A DNA stretch of 49,914 nt from Octopus bimaculoides (GCF_001194135.2 NC_068988.1:70499085-70548998), one strand, 5' to 3'. Shown: positions 22,857 to 34,860, counted from the stretch's first letter. Notes: generated from the sequence alone by a model not told the origin. Numbers and translations are program-made.

Positions 22857-24570
22857 GCAAATTTGCAAACAAAGATAGAAGCTTGTGCTGGAATATAAGT
22901 AGTAGATAATACAACAGTTATAACAAAGAAAACCTTCGTTTTAGTTATTAGTAATTTAAAGAAACAATCTGTAAAAATTTTCTAAAATGGGTGAGAAAGC
23001 AAATAAATGAATGAATACAGTGAAAAATATGTGATAGTGTTTGTAAAAGGAAAGAAGAACAGAGAACGAGAAGTAGACAAAGATTAATGTTGAAGAAACT
23101 GAGGGGAGTAAAAATATATTCTACTTGTGGAATGCTGTGAAAAACTAAAGATGCGCAGACACGGTAGAAATGATCAAAATATAGTAGATGGGACGCATAC
23201 TTACATTCCTATAAATATATATGTATGAGACGCCGTATAGGAAAAGTGTGTGATAGAACCACAAATGAATGCCAATCTGAATTCCCCTGTGTTATATAAT
23301 TATTAACCACTATCTTATATCAGACAGAATTATATATCTAAGATAACTCTCAGCATTTATCTTCCATCAGTATCATATTTCTCACACTATATATGCCTGA
23401 ACAAATGAAGCAATCTTATAGACATTTATCGATGACTATCTTTGTCTAAGATTTGGAAATATTGAACCGCTAGCAGATCTTTGTATCAGTTATTGCTAAA
23501 TGACAGCAATTCATATCACGAATTTGGATCTGATCGTAATCAATTTTGAGTTAATTGAGTTAATAAGATAATTTACTGTAAATCACTTCGGTTAACTCAC
23601 ATCTCTCCACCTACATGTAGCCACCTGTTGTAACACACATCTATGCTTCCACATATAAATATAGATGGAAAGAGAACACAGTTATTGTTCTGGATAAATC
23701 TTGATTTGTTTTCGTGTAAGTACTTAAATTCCACATTAGTATTACTAAAATGAAATATAACCGTTTGAATACTAAGCAAAGGTAGGACTGAAGTTATTTT
23801 TTTCCAAAATACTGGCTTTTCATTCATATATTAAAATGTCTTTCAAATCATTTCTTCTCTAATATGCCTCAATCTCTTTAAGGCACATAGCTCTTAAGCA
23901 CTTGGAGCATTTCATTACCTCATAAATTATTTCTTTTCTTAATAATATTCCCAGCCGGTAATTAGGAAAATACTTTTTGATTTTGTCGCATATGTGTCAA
24001 TAGTTTAGAGCAACCATAATAGATATTGATGTAATTAATTGGAATTCAATTAAGTGATATTTATGAATTACGAATGTCGGCATATCAATTATTTATTCAT
24101 AGATTCCTGTAAAATTATTTTCAAGCTTTGTTTACCAGTTTGTTATGTGGTATAATAAACACCTTTGAAGTTTAAACAATCAATATTAGAAAATTACTTC
24201 GCATTTCGAATTGGTTTAAGATTCTGCAGCTAAAATTAGACATCTTATTTTTTATTTCATATACTGGCAGTTTTATCGTTTCTAAAGTTTACTTGCTGAG
24301 AGATTATTTTATATTTCGGAAAATGTAGATATGGTGTTACTTTGTGTAAATGCGTGACATGGTGGTGTAGGATATATCAATATTTTATGACTGATTTAAC
24401 TATAATTTCATTTATTGATAGCCAAATAGAATGCGGTAATGAATGAAATATGTATTTCGTTTGTACTTTAAACCATAATCTAAAAAAACAATTGAGTTTT
24501 CTAGCTGATATTACAAGTATGCACAATCCGCTATTTTAATTATCATTGATGCATATGAAAAAAATCATAT

Positions 24571-25578
24571 AGGTGTCCGCATGGTTGTGCGGCAAGAAGC
24601 TTGCTTCCCGACCACATGGTTCTGGGTTCAGTTCCACTGCGTGTGACCTTGGACAAGTGTTTTCTACTATAGCGTTGTTGGGCCGACCAAAGCTTTGTGA
24701 GTGGATTTGGCAAACGTAAACTGAAAGAATCCCGTCGGATATATATATATATATATATANNNNNNNNNNNNNNNNNNNNNNNNNNNNNNNNNNNNNNNNN
24801 NNNNNNNNNNNNNNNNNNNNNNNNNNNNNNNNNNNNNNNNNNNNNNNNNNNNNNNNNNNNNNNNNNNNNNNNNNNNNNNNNNNNNNNNNNNNNNNNNNNN
24901 NNNNNNNNNNNNNNNNNNNNNNNNNNNNNNNNNNNNNNNNNNNNNNNNNNNNNNNNNNNNNNNNNNNNNNNNNNNNNNNNNNNNNNNNNNNNNNNNNNNN
25001 NNNNNNNNNNNNNNNNNNNNNNNNNNNNNNNNNNNNNNNNNNNNNNNNNNNNNNNNNNNNNNNNNNNNNNNNNNNNNNNNNNNNNNNNNNNNNNNNNNNN
25101 NNNNNNNNNNNNNNNNNNNNNNNNNNNNNNNNNNNNNNNNNNNNNNNNNNNNNNNNNNNNNNNNNNNNNNNNNNNNNNNNNNNNNNNNNNNNNNNNNNNN
25201 NNNNNNNNNNNNNNNNNNNNNNNNNNNNNNNNNNNNNNNNNNNNNNNNNNNNNNNNNNNNNNNNNNNNNNNNNNNNNNNNNNNNNNNNNNNNNNNNNNNN
25301 NNNNNNNNNNNNNNNNNNNNNNNNNNNNNNNNNNNNNNNNNNNNNNNNNNNNNNNNNNNGTGTGTGTGTGTGTGTGCATCTGTTTGTCGCTCACTATCGC
25401 TTCACAACCTATGTTGGTTTATTTGCGTTCCCGTAACTTAGCGGCTCGGTAAAAGATACCGATAGAATAAGCACTAGGTTTACAAAGAATAAGTCCTGGG
25501 GTCGATTTCTTAAAAAAAAGCTTTAAGGCGGTCCTCCAGTGTGGATGCAGTCAAACATGTAAAAGAGTAAAAAAAAGG
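24571..25578 (+). mobile_element. SINE family B, full length, with the internal microsatellite replaced by an assembly gap
   Basis: atggttgtgcggcaagaagcttgcttcccgaccacatggttctgggttcagttccactgcg..(TA)n-gap-(TG)n..cgtaacttagcggctcggtaaaagataccgatagaataagcactagg..cctggggtcgatt..gcagtcaaacatgtaaaagag. Confidence 0.92.
24760..25359. other. Assembly gap inside a SINE microsatellite
   Basis: Direct reading. Confidence 1.
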
Positions 25579-25941
25579 AATTCATTCGTGATGACGTCTG
25601 TTTATCGTCGTTTTCCTCTAAAAACTATTCGAAATTATACTTCACGTTTTAATCAAATTATGATCTACTTTTAAAGTAGTAAAACATATTACCGATATGA
25701 ATGGAGAAGCAATTGAGGAAATTTCCAGCTATTACTTTCCTCTTTAAAATGGTTTAAAGACTCTTAAAATGTTTATAAATATTCATAAATCCAATTACTT
25801 TTCCACGAGAATCTTCAATAATTAAACAGATTCTATATCTGAAGAGGAACATTAAATACTGTTTAAACTATTGGTATTAGTCAAGCAAGAACAATGCATC
25901 ACACGCACCACACACGCATACACATACACACACGCGCGCAC

Positions 25942-25978
<37 letters not shown>

Positions 25979-26305
25979 TCATGTATATATAGAGAGATAG
26001 AGACATAAAATTATGTATACACGCACACTCACATATATTTTATAGTTATTGTTATTTTTATTATTATCATCATTATTATCATTTTTATTTTTATATGTTT
26101 ACACGCAAAACCTTACAACACACAATCACACACATACACACATATTCTTTCTTTTGTCTTCCATAATATTTTTCTTAATATAAACATTTTGTAGTTGATA
26201 AAGAAATCATCAACGTTATTATTATTGTTGTTGTTAATATCATTATTATTATTTTTATTATTATTATTATTATTACTATTATTATTATTATTATTATTAT
26301 TATAA

Positions 26306-26800
26306 TTGAGTGAGATAGTAGCACATGCCACAAAATTGAGACTACGGTACAGATATACGAAACCCAATATACCCATCATAACTACTCGTCTGATAAGGGT
26401 ACACCAAGCACATGCATCACCATCATATATGCCCGACATGGTGATCTCATATCAAGATAACCAGCGCAAGAACTTGCAGGTTGGGTCCTGATTTTCTTCT
26501 GGTCGAGCAGTAGATTTTCTTCTGGTAAGGTAGTCCATTCCGCTTAGAAAGGTCCCTAAATAGGGTTTGTTTAAAGATAATAAACGAAACACCCATATCT
26601 CCACTGATCAATCATTCAAACTCTAAAGAATCAACACATGATATGATGCTCCCCCACTACTTCTGCTCATGGCCACAGATGCACATATCATCAGTCATCA
26701 AGAGACATGCTCAACTGGTTAATGTCAAACAACTAACAAGCAAAAATTTAGTATCGAAAAGAATGTTTGCTGTAGCCTATCCTCTACAGGAAGAAAAAAA
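26306..26800 (-). mobile_element. ~500-bp non-coding interspersed repeat with (TAA)n tail, copy 1 (probable LINE 3' UTR or non-autonomous retroelement)
   Basis: Homologous to 26925-27450 (tacccatcat.actactcgtctgataagggt; gctcccccactacttctgctcatg; tttgctgtagcc). (TTA)n at ~26218-26305 lies on the same side as in copy 2. Confidence 0.75.
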
Positions 26801-26807
26801 ATTAAGA

Positions 26808-26858
26808 ATTATAATAATAATAATAATGATTATAATAATAATAATAATAATAATAATA

Positions 26859-26924
<66 letters not shown>
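26808..26924. repeat. (TAA)n(TTA)n microsatellite with a palindromic strand switch at ~26860
   Basis: Direct reading: taataataat|tattattatt. Confidence 0.95.
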
Positions 26925-27450
26925 GAGCGAGAGACCAGGGTATGTCATCAAAGTGACACTGGGGTAAAATATACGAAGCCCATTATACCCATCATGACTA
27001 CTCGTCTGATAAGGGCACTTGCATCACAACCATATGTGCGCCACATGGTCATCTCATAGCAAGATAAACAGCGCATGACCTCGCAGGTGGGGCCCAGTTA
27101 GAATTTTCTTCAGGTCCAGTAACCCATCCCGCTCAAAAAGGTTTGTTTAAGGATGTTGAGCAAAACACCCATGTTTCCAAAGGTGAATCATTCAAACCCC
27201 AAAGAATTCCTCTCAACACATAGCTATGACGCTCCCCCACTACTTCTGCTCATGATCAGAGATGCACATATCGTCAGCCACCAAGAGACATTCTCAGCTG
27301 GTTAAGGTCAAACAACTGACGAGAAAATCTGTGATATTGAGCAGAATATTTGCTGTAGCCCATCTTTTTATACCAAGACAAAACAATATACATGATAACA
27401 CTTCAAATCAATTAAGATGAGAAGCCATGAGAGCCATTGCCTGGTGTAGC
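26925..27450 (-). mobile_element. ~520-bp non-coding repeat with (TAA)n tail, copy 2
   Basis: Homology to copy 1; contiguous with the R4-like coding fragment starting at ~27466. Confidence 0.75.
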
Positions 27451-27465
27451 CTTATTTTTTACAGA

Positions 27466-28420
27466 AGCAATACCTCTTGCTAACCAATCGGGTGTTTTGT
27501 AGGATCTCTCATCCCTTCATTGAATAACTGAACTGACGTTTCCTGCGAGCTAGAAATTGGACGCCTTATCATTACCAGTGGATTTCCACTCATGAGCCTT
27601 CTTGAATGACATCCTTAACTTAGTTATTTTGATGTCTTCTCATTCTTGTTCTGGTAGGTTTTGGTAGGATTCTTTTTTGCGTCTAATCCAATCTGCCTTT
27701 TCACTTTAAGTCTTCTCATTACTCTAGATATTTTACCGGAAGTTTTCCACTTATTCCATGGGTGGGGTTTTTCAACGGTTATTTTCTCCTTACCTATTTC
27801 TCTCTAGAATGTTTTCGCATTGCAATGAACAGTTTATTTTGCTTGTAAAACTTATTTCTCGTCTCAAATGTTCGTATTCTTTAATCTTTTGCTTGGACTA
27901 TTTGTTGCAATGATTCTCTTGTTGAAAGCAGCTCCTCCTTTGGTAAGAATCTATATTTTCTCTTCCTCTTTCCTCCTTTTCTGGATTCTACATTGTTTCG
28001 ACAGAGTAGTTCATTCAATATTGATATTTCAATCTCTTTTTCAATTTTACTTTTCCAGTTTGGAATCCTTCTCAGATTTGCATTTCTTTGTTTCAATTGT
28101 CTTAGCAGCTGTGTAAATAATTTCGGTTAATTCAGTGAGATCTGTTTTCAGTTCTTTGATAGTTTCTTTTGTAACATTGTTTGCAATTTTAATTTGTCTT
28201 ATATTTTGGATTATATTTTTCAGAGTTTATGCAGTGGTCTTCTATCATGCATATTATCGTGTCTTACAACCGCAAGATTATTCAGGATTTTCTGCTTCAT
28301 TTCTATTATAGACACTCTATGTTCTTCAGTAAATATGTAGTCTTCAAATATTGTTTCCCTATCACTTTCCTCGCTATTTCTTTCAGGTTCATTACAATTT
28401 TTCCTTGCTATCTTTATCAG
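27466..28420 (-). mobile_element. R4/Dong-like LINE fragment (region upstream of RT up to the start of RT), decayed
   Basis: Minus-strand peptides LTELTEIIYTAA, ESLQQIVQAKD*RIRTFETRNKFYKQNKLF, GKEKITVEKP, YQNLPEQE*EDI, KAHEWKSTGNDK..NF, PDWLARG. Confidence 0.85.
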
Positions 28421-28423
28421 GTT

Positions 28424-28494
28424 CATCATCATCATCATCATCATCATCATTGTCATCATCATTATTATTATTATTGATTATGATAATAATAATA

Positions 28495-28537
<43 letters not shown>

Positions 28538-28584
28538 CAACAACAACAACAACAACAAAGGCAACAACAACAATAATAATAATC
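28424..28584. repeat. Compound (CAT)/(TTA)/(TAA)/(CAA) microsatellite
   Basis: Direct reading. Confidence 0.95.
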
Positions 28585-28789
28585 ATGAGAGACACTGGAT
28601 GAAGGTGCTAGCCTTGACTGCGGCTGGACGGGTGCTAGACGTGTTTTTCGCTGCTCTGACCTGTCAGTAACCGAAGACGCAGAAACACTAATACAACCTA
28701 ACAGGACGACTGGGAAATAACTCCCCCAAAACTGTAACATCTACAATTTCCTGTCAGTATTTTAAATTTCTCTTAAAATAAGTTTAAAA

Positions 28790-29225
28790 ACTTACATATC
28801 TACAGTTTTCTCTGGACAAACACACAAACGATCCTTTTTACAAACTTTAAAACTTTAATATCTAAAACTTTTATGAATATATATCTTTCCTTTCTCCCTG
28901 CGTATTCAAAACTTTAAACATCTTTTTTATTGCCAGAACAGTATAGCTTTCCCTGTTCGGACATACAAAACATCATCTCTAGAAAATTTTAAAATCTTAA
29001 TATCTACAATTTTCTGAGAAAATGTTACTCTTGATTCTTTTCATTTTTCTCTGAGTATTTGAAAATGTAAACATCCTTTTTATTCCAATAATACTACAGA
29101 CAAACGATTGTCTTTAGAAAATTTAGAAACTTTAATATCTACAATTTTCTATGAAAATTTTACTCACCTTTTCTCCCGAACTACTCGAATGTGTAAACAT
29201 ACCTTTTATTGCAACAACACTATTA
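28790..29225 (+). repeat. Degenerate tandem repeat with ~135-bp unit (about 3 copies)
   Basis: Recurrent aaa(a/t)ctt(t)aatatcta(c/a)aa..ttt..ttttctc..gtaaacat.ctttt.att at ~28851, ~28990 and ~29126. Confidence 0.7.
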
Positions 29226-29329
29226 AAGGCACAATAATAACTAAGGGGGTAAGCACCTGTCAATATATACAAACTGCACAATTACGAAAACTGTAAACCA
29301 CAGCAAAACCTGTAGGAAGAAAACATTCA

Positions 29330-29773
29330 AAGATTCAATGATGTAAATAGTATATATACATGATTATTTTTTCTATCAGTAATTAAAGCAGAACAAGGCG
29401 AATTGTTTGTTTCCACGGCCAAGGTCAGCCCTCTCACTGATCGCTTGTAGTAATAAACACATTTGACCTCTGCTGACCTCAACGGTATGAGGCTGCTTTC
29501 ATTTCCTGATCGAACATGAATGCGAAGCCCCATTGTTGATCCTCTACTCACCATCTGCCGAACCTATATTCGCGAAACTGCTTCTCTTCCTCCTACTATA
29601 TTCTCCAACCCTCACATATTTATGATTATCTCAATTACAAAAAATTGCATAAATATGTCCTGATCAAGAGGCCTATCTGTCGGGGAAATCATCGTCTGAC
29701 ATGGAATAAGCGAAAATTTATATAAGACTTTTTATTGTAAAAGTTTCCCGGCAACGGCGGTCTATTCAGCTAA
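29330..29773 (+). mobile_element. Non-autonomous Helitron-like remnant (3' end recognisable, 5' end uncertain)
   Basis: cccggcaacggcgg hairpin followed by tattcagCTAA|T (decayed CTAG|T). Confidence 0.45.
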
Positions 29774-30149
29774 TACATATATCAAATATATCATAAAAAT
29801 GACATGACAGTTAAAATGGATAGATGGAAATTTCAGCAACACTGGTGCTATTCGGAGGAATGATAAGTGATACACAGATGGGTTGATGGCCTTTATAGTA
29901 ATATTAAATACAGAAATTTAGAAAAGTACAAAAGAATGTGCAACAAGAAGTGAAAATATTGAAAATAGTGGCAATTAAGATGAGTAGAGAGGAACGGATA
30001 AGGAAAAGGAAAAGAAATATTAACCACAGGAGTACGGATTTAGAGGGACAGTCAGCGGATTAAAGGTGGTAAGTAAATAGCTATTTTAATGACAGTCAAA
30101 CCCATAGATAAAAAAAAATTCAAGAACATAAAAATTAATAATAACTAAC

Positions 30150-30220
30150 AAGCTGGTGCTTCAACATGGCTGCAGTCAAGATTGACTGAAACATGTAAAA
30201 GAATAAAAGAATAATAAAAG
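30150..30220 (+). mobile_element. SINE family B 3' terminal fragment
   Basis: ggtgcttcaacatggctgcagtcaagattgactgaaacatgtaaaagaataaaagaat. Confidence 0.7.
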
Positions 30221-30570
30221 TATAGTCTGTATATATATAAAAGGCAGGATGTGCATGTGTGTGTGTGTCTGCGTGTCTGTGTGTGTGTGTGTTTACGTGA
30301 ATGTAATTTATGCACGTCCACAAATTAGCACGCATATTGCTCCAATTTTAGGAGGACATTCGTCATCACCCTATCTGCATTTTCGTCAACTTATTGTACC
30401 AGAGGCACCAGCGAATAGCGGTAAAAATAAATTTTCAACCAAAACTTTTAACAATTTTCAAGTCGGAGAAATCCACCATTGTTTACAACAGGAGTTAAGT
30501 CCCCCCCACCTTCTAGCGACGAGTAAGTTTTTGTTAAGACTTTTGTTAGCTGTTTTGTCGATATACGGGC

Positions 30571-30728
30571 AACACACACACACACACACACACACACACA
30601 NNNNNNNNNNNNNNNNNNNNNNNNNNNNNNNNNNNNNNNNNNNNNNNNNNNNNNNNNNNNNNNNNNNNNNNNNNNNNNNNNNNNNNNNNNNNNNNNNNNN
30701 NNNNNNNNNNNNNNNNNNNNNNNNNNNN

Positions 30729-30797
<69 letters not shown>
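30571..30797. repeat. (CA)n - assembly gap 30601-30728 - (GT)n
   Basis: Direct reading; repeat orientation flips across the gap. Confidence 0.95.
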
Positions 30798-30799
<2 letters not shown>

Positions 30800-30801
<2 letters not shown>

Positions 30802-31537
30802 AGACTTAGTTGTGATCTGAATGTAACCGCTTTTGACATAGAGGAACGGGAGCACTTTTGGGCATTCTATTTTCCTTGCTGGAAGGGTTCCCAACCCATG
30901 GGCAAAGAGGGGTTAGATGATGCGGGTGGTGTTTTCAAAGGGCTGGCCTGTGCAACCTGATCTGATCACCTCTGCCGATCAAGCTCCCAACCCATGAGCT
31001 CCCGTCGTGACACTGATTCTGCAGAACTGGGCTGGGTATGAAAACCAAATTTAAAGTATAAAAATAGATTTTTTGAATTAGCAATGTTGTATTCGGTTAA
31101 GTCCTATTTGAGGTGAAAAATCAATAAACCGATTCCTTATGGGGTTTTCCATTTAATTGATAAACCAATTCCTTATAGGATTTATAGGATTTCCCAATAA
31201 AATTTGCTATACCCCATTTTCAACCATAACTTTTACCAAATTTGGTGTATTTTGTTCTAACTTCATGCCAGCATTACTTACGACTTTTGGGATCTTTGAA
31301 TGCTTCAAATTCTCCAAAAAATAAAAAAAATCGATGTGTGGAAAAAATCGATAAACTGATTCCTTATGGGATTTCCTAATCAAGTTGTCTGCAACACATT
31401 TTCAGCCAAAAGTTTACCAATTTCAACGGATTCCGCTCAAATTTGACGTTGATGTTACTTAGCTGGGTTGGAAATAAAGAACTTGATTAGCTTAATAATC
31501 CTAACTTAATCCGAGCAAAATCGGGCTACACTGCTAG
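30800..31537 (+). mobile_element. Non-autonomous Helitron-like element
   Basis: 3' end ccgagcaaaatcggg hairpin plus ctacactgCTAG|T (31534-31537); three internal copies of taaac(c/t)(g/a)attccttat; 5' boundary approximate. Confidence 0.6.
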
Positions 31538-31924
31538 TATAAAATAAAACGTAAAGACAATGTAGAAACATTTGGGGATATTGGTGAAGACATAAAGATG
31601 AATAAACATGTAAAGAAAAGTATTGGAAAAAGTTATTGAAAAGATATTGAGAAATATATTAAGAATATTTAGGGATTAGAAAACTATCAAAATATAAAGG
31701 TTATAAAAAAATTCATATTATGATAGTTAAGAAATGTAAAACGAAATATAGAAACAATTAGAAATGTAAAAAGAAAAAATATAAAAACTAGAAGAAAGAA
31801 ATAAAGAAATCACAGGCTAAACTGAGTATAGTAAACTGAGTATAGTAAAACACTAACTCGAGCAAAACAAAATATATTCTATGGGTTTGAGGACTGTTTT
31901 TTCCAATAGTCTCCACTAAACGGA

Positions 31925-32083
31925 TGTGTGTATGTGTGTGTGTGCATATGTGTGTGTGTGTGTGTGTGTCTGTGTGTGTGTGTGTGTCTGTCTGTCTGTA
32001 TGTTTGTCTGTATTTATGTAAGGTGTGGCCCCAGCATAGTTACAGTCTAATGACTAAAACAGGTAAAAGATAAAAGATAGAAG

Positions 32084-32085
<2 letters not shown>
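31925..32085 (+). mobile_element. (TG)n plus SINE family B 3' fragment
   Basis: aaggtgtggccccagcatagttacagtctaatgactaaaacaggtaaaagataaaag. Confidence 0.6.
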
Positions 32086-32115
<30 letters not shown>

Positions 32116-32502
32116 GCATGCGACTGAGTAAACAAACAAATGGAAAAGGCACTCAAGACATTTAGTAAGAGCCGCATGCATTAATAATATTACTCAAACG
32201 CATTTAAATGATTAAAACAGTTTGATTCGGCTCCGTGAGAGTTAAAGTTTCACAACGAGCTACTAGCAGAGACACAGCTCATTCAAACCTAGATTACGGA
32301 ATGGAGAAGTACTGAAACTCCAAGATGGTTATCTGTCGGATAATAAAAATCCCATTATAGCGCCAAGAAAATTTTCTTCAATATACTATGATAGTAACAC
32401 TTATAAAGAAACTATTTAATGTGACATTGTCTGTTGATTATTTTATGAGCCACAGACATATGAAATCTGGCTAAACATCGGCATGTTTTCCCCCCTTTTC
32501 TT

Positions 32503-32990
32503 TGTTACCGAAATGAGAGGGTCACTCGACAATCCACATCAAAATGACAGGGTCACACACAATACACAATACTACATTTTAACCCTAGGAAAACGTCTTT
32601 ACCAGCTGGTTAACGACGCACAAACTGTGTCCGATTTATTGTGACTAAGGGAGGCAAACATTCCTCTCCAGCCTGGCAAGATCAGTAGACCATGGTTTCT
32701 AGGTCTTTATCCTTCATCGTTATTGGACACCTGCCAGCTAGAGATGGCAGTCACTCGCCTTTACTCACAGTATATAAAGAGAGAAGAGGCAGACGGCCGC
32801 TGATCTTGTACGGAGCAAAATAGCTAGTTCTGAAATCTCTAAACGAGATATAAGTAGTAACAACACTGGACGGTTGTTTTTTGTCACTACGACATAGTTG
32901 TTCAATAAACAAATATGTTATTACATTTTAATCCTAGTAAAACGTCCTTTCCAACTGGTTAACGACGCACAAACTGTGTCCAATATATTG
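32503..32990 (+). repeat. LTR-like segment (TGTTAC..GTAACA, 32503-32862) with a ~70-bp direct repeat (~32573-32640 and ~32921-32990)
   Basis: tacatttt.a.cctag.aaaacgtc.tt.cca.ctggttaacgacgcacaaactgtgtcc occurs twice; tatataaag at ~32772; aataaa at ~32904; no TSD found. Confidence 0.35.
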
Positions 32991-33062
32991 CGTAAAGGAA
33001 CGAATCATTGTAGGGGAGAGATTCGCTCCCTAACTCAGAATATATATATATATATATATATA

Positions 33063-33258
33063 NNNNNNNNNNNNNNNNNNNNNNNNNNNNNNNNNNNNNN
33101 NNNNNNNNNNNNNNNNNNNNNNNNNNNNNNNNNNNNNNNNNNNNNNNNNNNNNNNNNNNNNNNNNNNNNNNNNNNNNNNNNNNNNNNNNNNNNNNNNNNN
33201 NNNNNNNNNNNNNNNNNNNNNNNNNNNNNNNNNNNNNNNNNNNNNNNNNNNNNNNNNN
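33063..33258. other. Assembly gap after (TA)n
   Basis: Direct reading. Confidence 1.
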
Positions 33259-33871
33259 TTTAGTTGTTCCCCGGGTCGAGGGACGTCTTTAATATCTTCG
33301 CCCGATCCTTTATCCCCAGCTAGCAAAGCTTGCTCCAGTTGAAGCGGGGATCCTGTATTTCTAGAATTTTCCACCGTCGCATAACGTCTTTCCGGAATAC
33401 TAAACGAGGATTCGTGGTTGGAGCGGGGCCGCTTGAAGGTGCTTCCGGAACATTTGAAACTCCAAATGCTATACTGCTTCTGTTGTTGACGCAGCTACTT
33501 CCGTTGTTGTTGATGCTGGTGTTGGCGTCGTTAATGCTGGCGTAGGGAACAATATTGGTGGTGGTGTTGGCGCTGTTGTTGTCATTGCTGATGTCTCCAT
33601 TGGTGCTGATATAACTATCGTCGCTGCTGGCGCTGTTGTCGACGATATAATGGTGCTTATTGTTGTTGTTATTATTGTTATCATTATTATTATTATCATT
33701 ATTATTGTTATTATTATCAGTATCATTAGGGAGGTTGTTGCTTCTATTACTGCTATAGTTGCTGCTATTGCTATTATTAATGATAGTAATGATGGTGCTG
33801 CTATTTCTGCTACTGCCGTAGCTGCTGAAGAGAACTGAAGATACTATTATGATCAGATACCACTCAGCCAC
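33259..33871 (-). mobile_element. Probable LINE ORF1 N-terminal fragment (Asn/Ser/Thr-rich leader), similar in architecture to 5335-5700
   Basis: 183-aa ORF: low-complexity N/S/T tract then TNPRLVFRKDVMRRWKILEIQDPRFNW; truncated by the gap. Confidence 0.4.
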
Positions 33872-33952
33872 TTATGCGACTCCCTTAGCTTCACACTGAC
33901 CTCCCATTGAGAATCTGCTAGAGTTAACACACATATGCTGGTGAAGTTACCA

Positions 33953-34058
33953 GTATGTATGTATGTATGTATGCATGTATGTATGTATGTATGTATGTGT
34001 ATGTGTGTGTGTATGTATGTATGTATGTATGTATGTATGTATGTATGTATGTATGTGC
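33953..34058 (-). repeat. (TATG)n microsatellite, the (TACA)n tail of the adjacent RLE LINE fragment
   Basis: Direct reading. Confidence 0.85.
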
Positions 34059-34059
34059 A

Positions 34060-34600
34060 GATTTGTGTGTTTATGTAAGTATTCTCATACATATAGTTAC
34101 ATATCTAGACATGCTCATATATATATTTGAATGATAAAGTTCTGGAATGTTTTACAGGTTTTTATAGTTCCAGTGATGGATTGGATCTGTAGTGTTCGAA
34201 TTAGCTTACTCCTTTCTGGTTTTGAGAAGCTTGATATCTCAAGATTGATATTTAGACAGTGTGTTACATATCCCAGGGCCCCAATAATTACAGGTATAAA
34301 CCTGTTTTTAATCTGGATAGAGTAACTGCATATTTCTCAATAGTTCAGCACGTGTGTTCTCTTTTTCACTGATCCTCAGCTTTATGCTAACATCCGCTCG
34401 GCAGCTAATTTCCACAACTGTGCACAGTTTCTCTTCTCTATCCTAAATCATTATATCAGGTCTGCTCTGCTTACATTTTATTGAAGTCTTCACTGGTACA
34501 TTCCATCAGTATTCCTTTTTTATTATGAGTGGCTATGGCTTCTACCATATTGTGGGTTTTTCTTTCTTTGTCCTCGGATTTCATTATAGAGTGTCTTAGC
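34060..34600 (-). mobile_element. RLE-type LINE 3' fragment (restriction-like endonuclease domain plus short 3' UTR)
   Basis: Minus strand: WNVPVKTSIKCKQSRPDIMI*DREEKLCTVVEISCRADV..EKEN..LLYPD..FIPVIIGALGYV..QSITGTIKTCKTFQNF. Confidence 0.85.
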
Positions 34601-34778
34601 TACAACGTCTGTATGTATGTATATCTGTATCTATATATTTATTAAATTATGTACGCCTGTATGTACCTGTATGTACCTACGTATGTATGTTCCCACGTAT
34701 GTATGTACCTACGTTTGTATGTACATACGTACATATGTTTGTATATCCATATATATATGTATGTATGCATGCACGCGC

Positions 34779-34860
34779 AATATGGCCGAGTGTTTATTAA
34801 GACGCCAACTTTGTAAGTGAAATTGGGTAAACCGAAACTGTATAGAAGTCTATCAGGTGG
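34779..34860 (+). mobile_element. SINE family B 5' fragment
   Basis: atatggccgagtg..gtaagtgaaattgggtaaaccgaaactgtatagaagtc resembles the family B head and body with a deletion. Confidence 0.4.

Noticed and set aside
28790-29225. Regularly spaced repeats as a CRISPR-like array
   Set aside because: Units are degenerate tandem copies without unique spacers, the context is eukaryotic, and there are no cas genes.
31818-31850. taaactgagtatagtaaactgagtatagtaaa 14-bp tandem duplication
   Set aside because: An ordinary slippage duplication.
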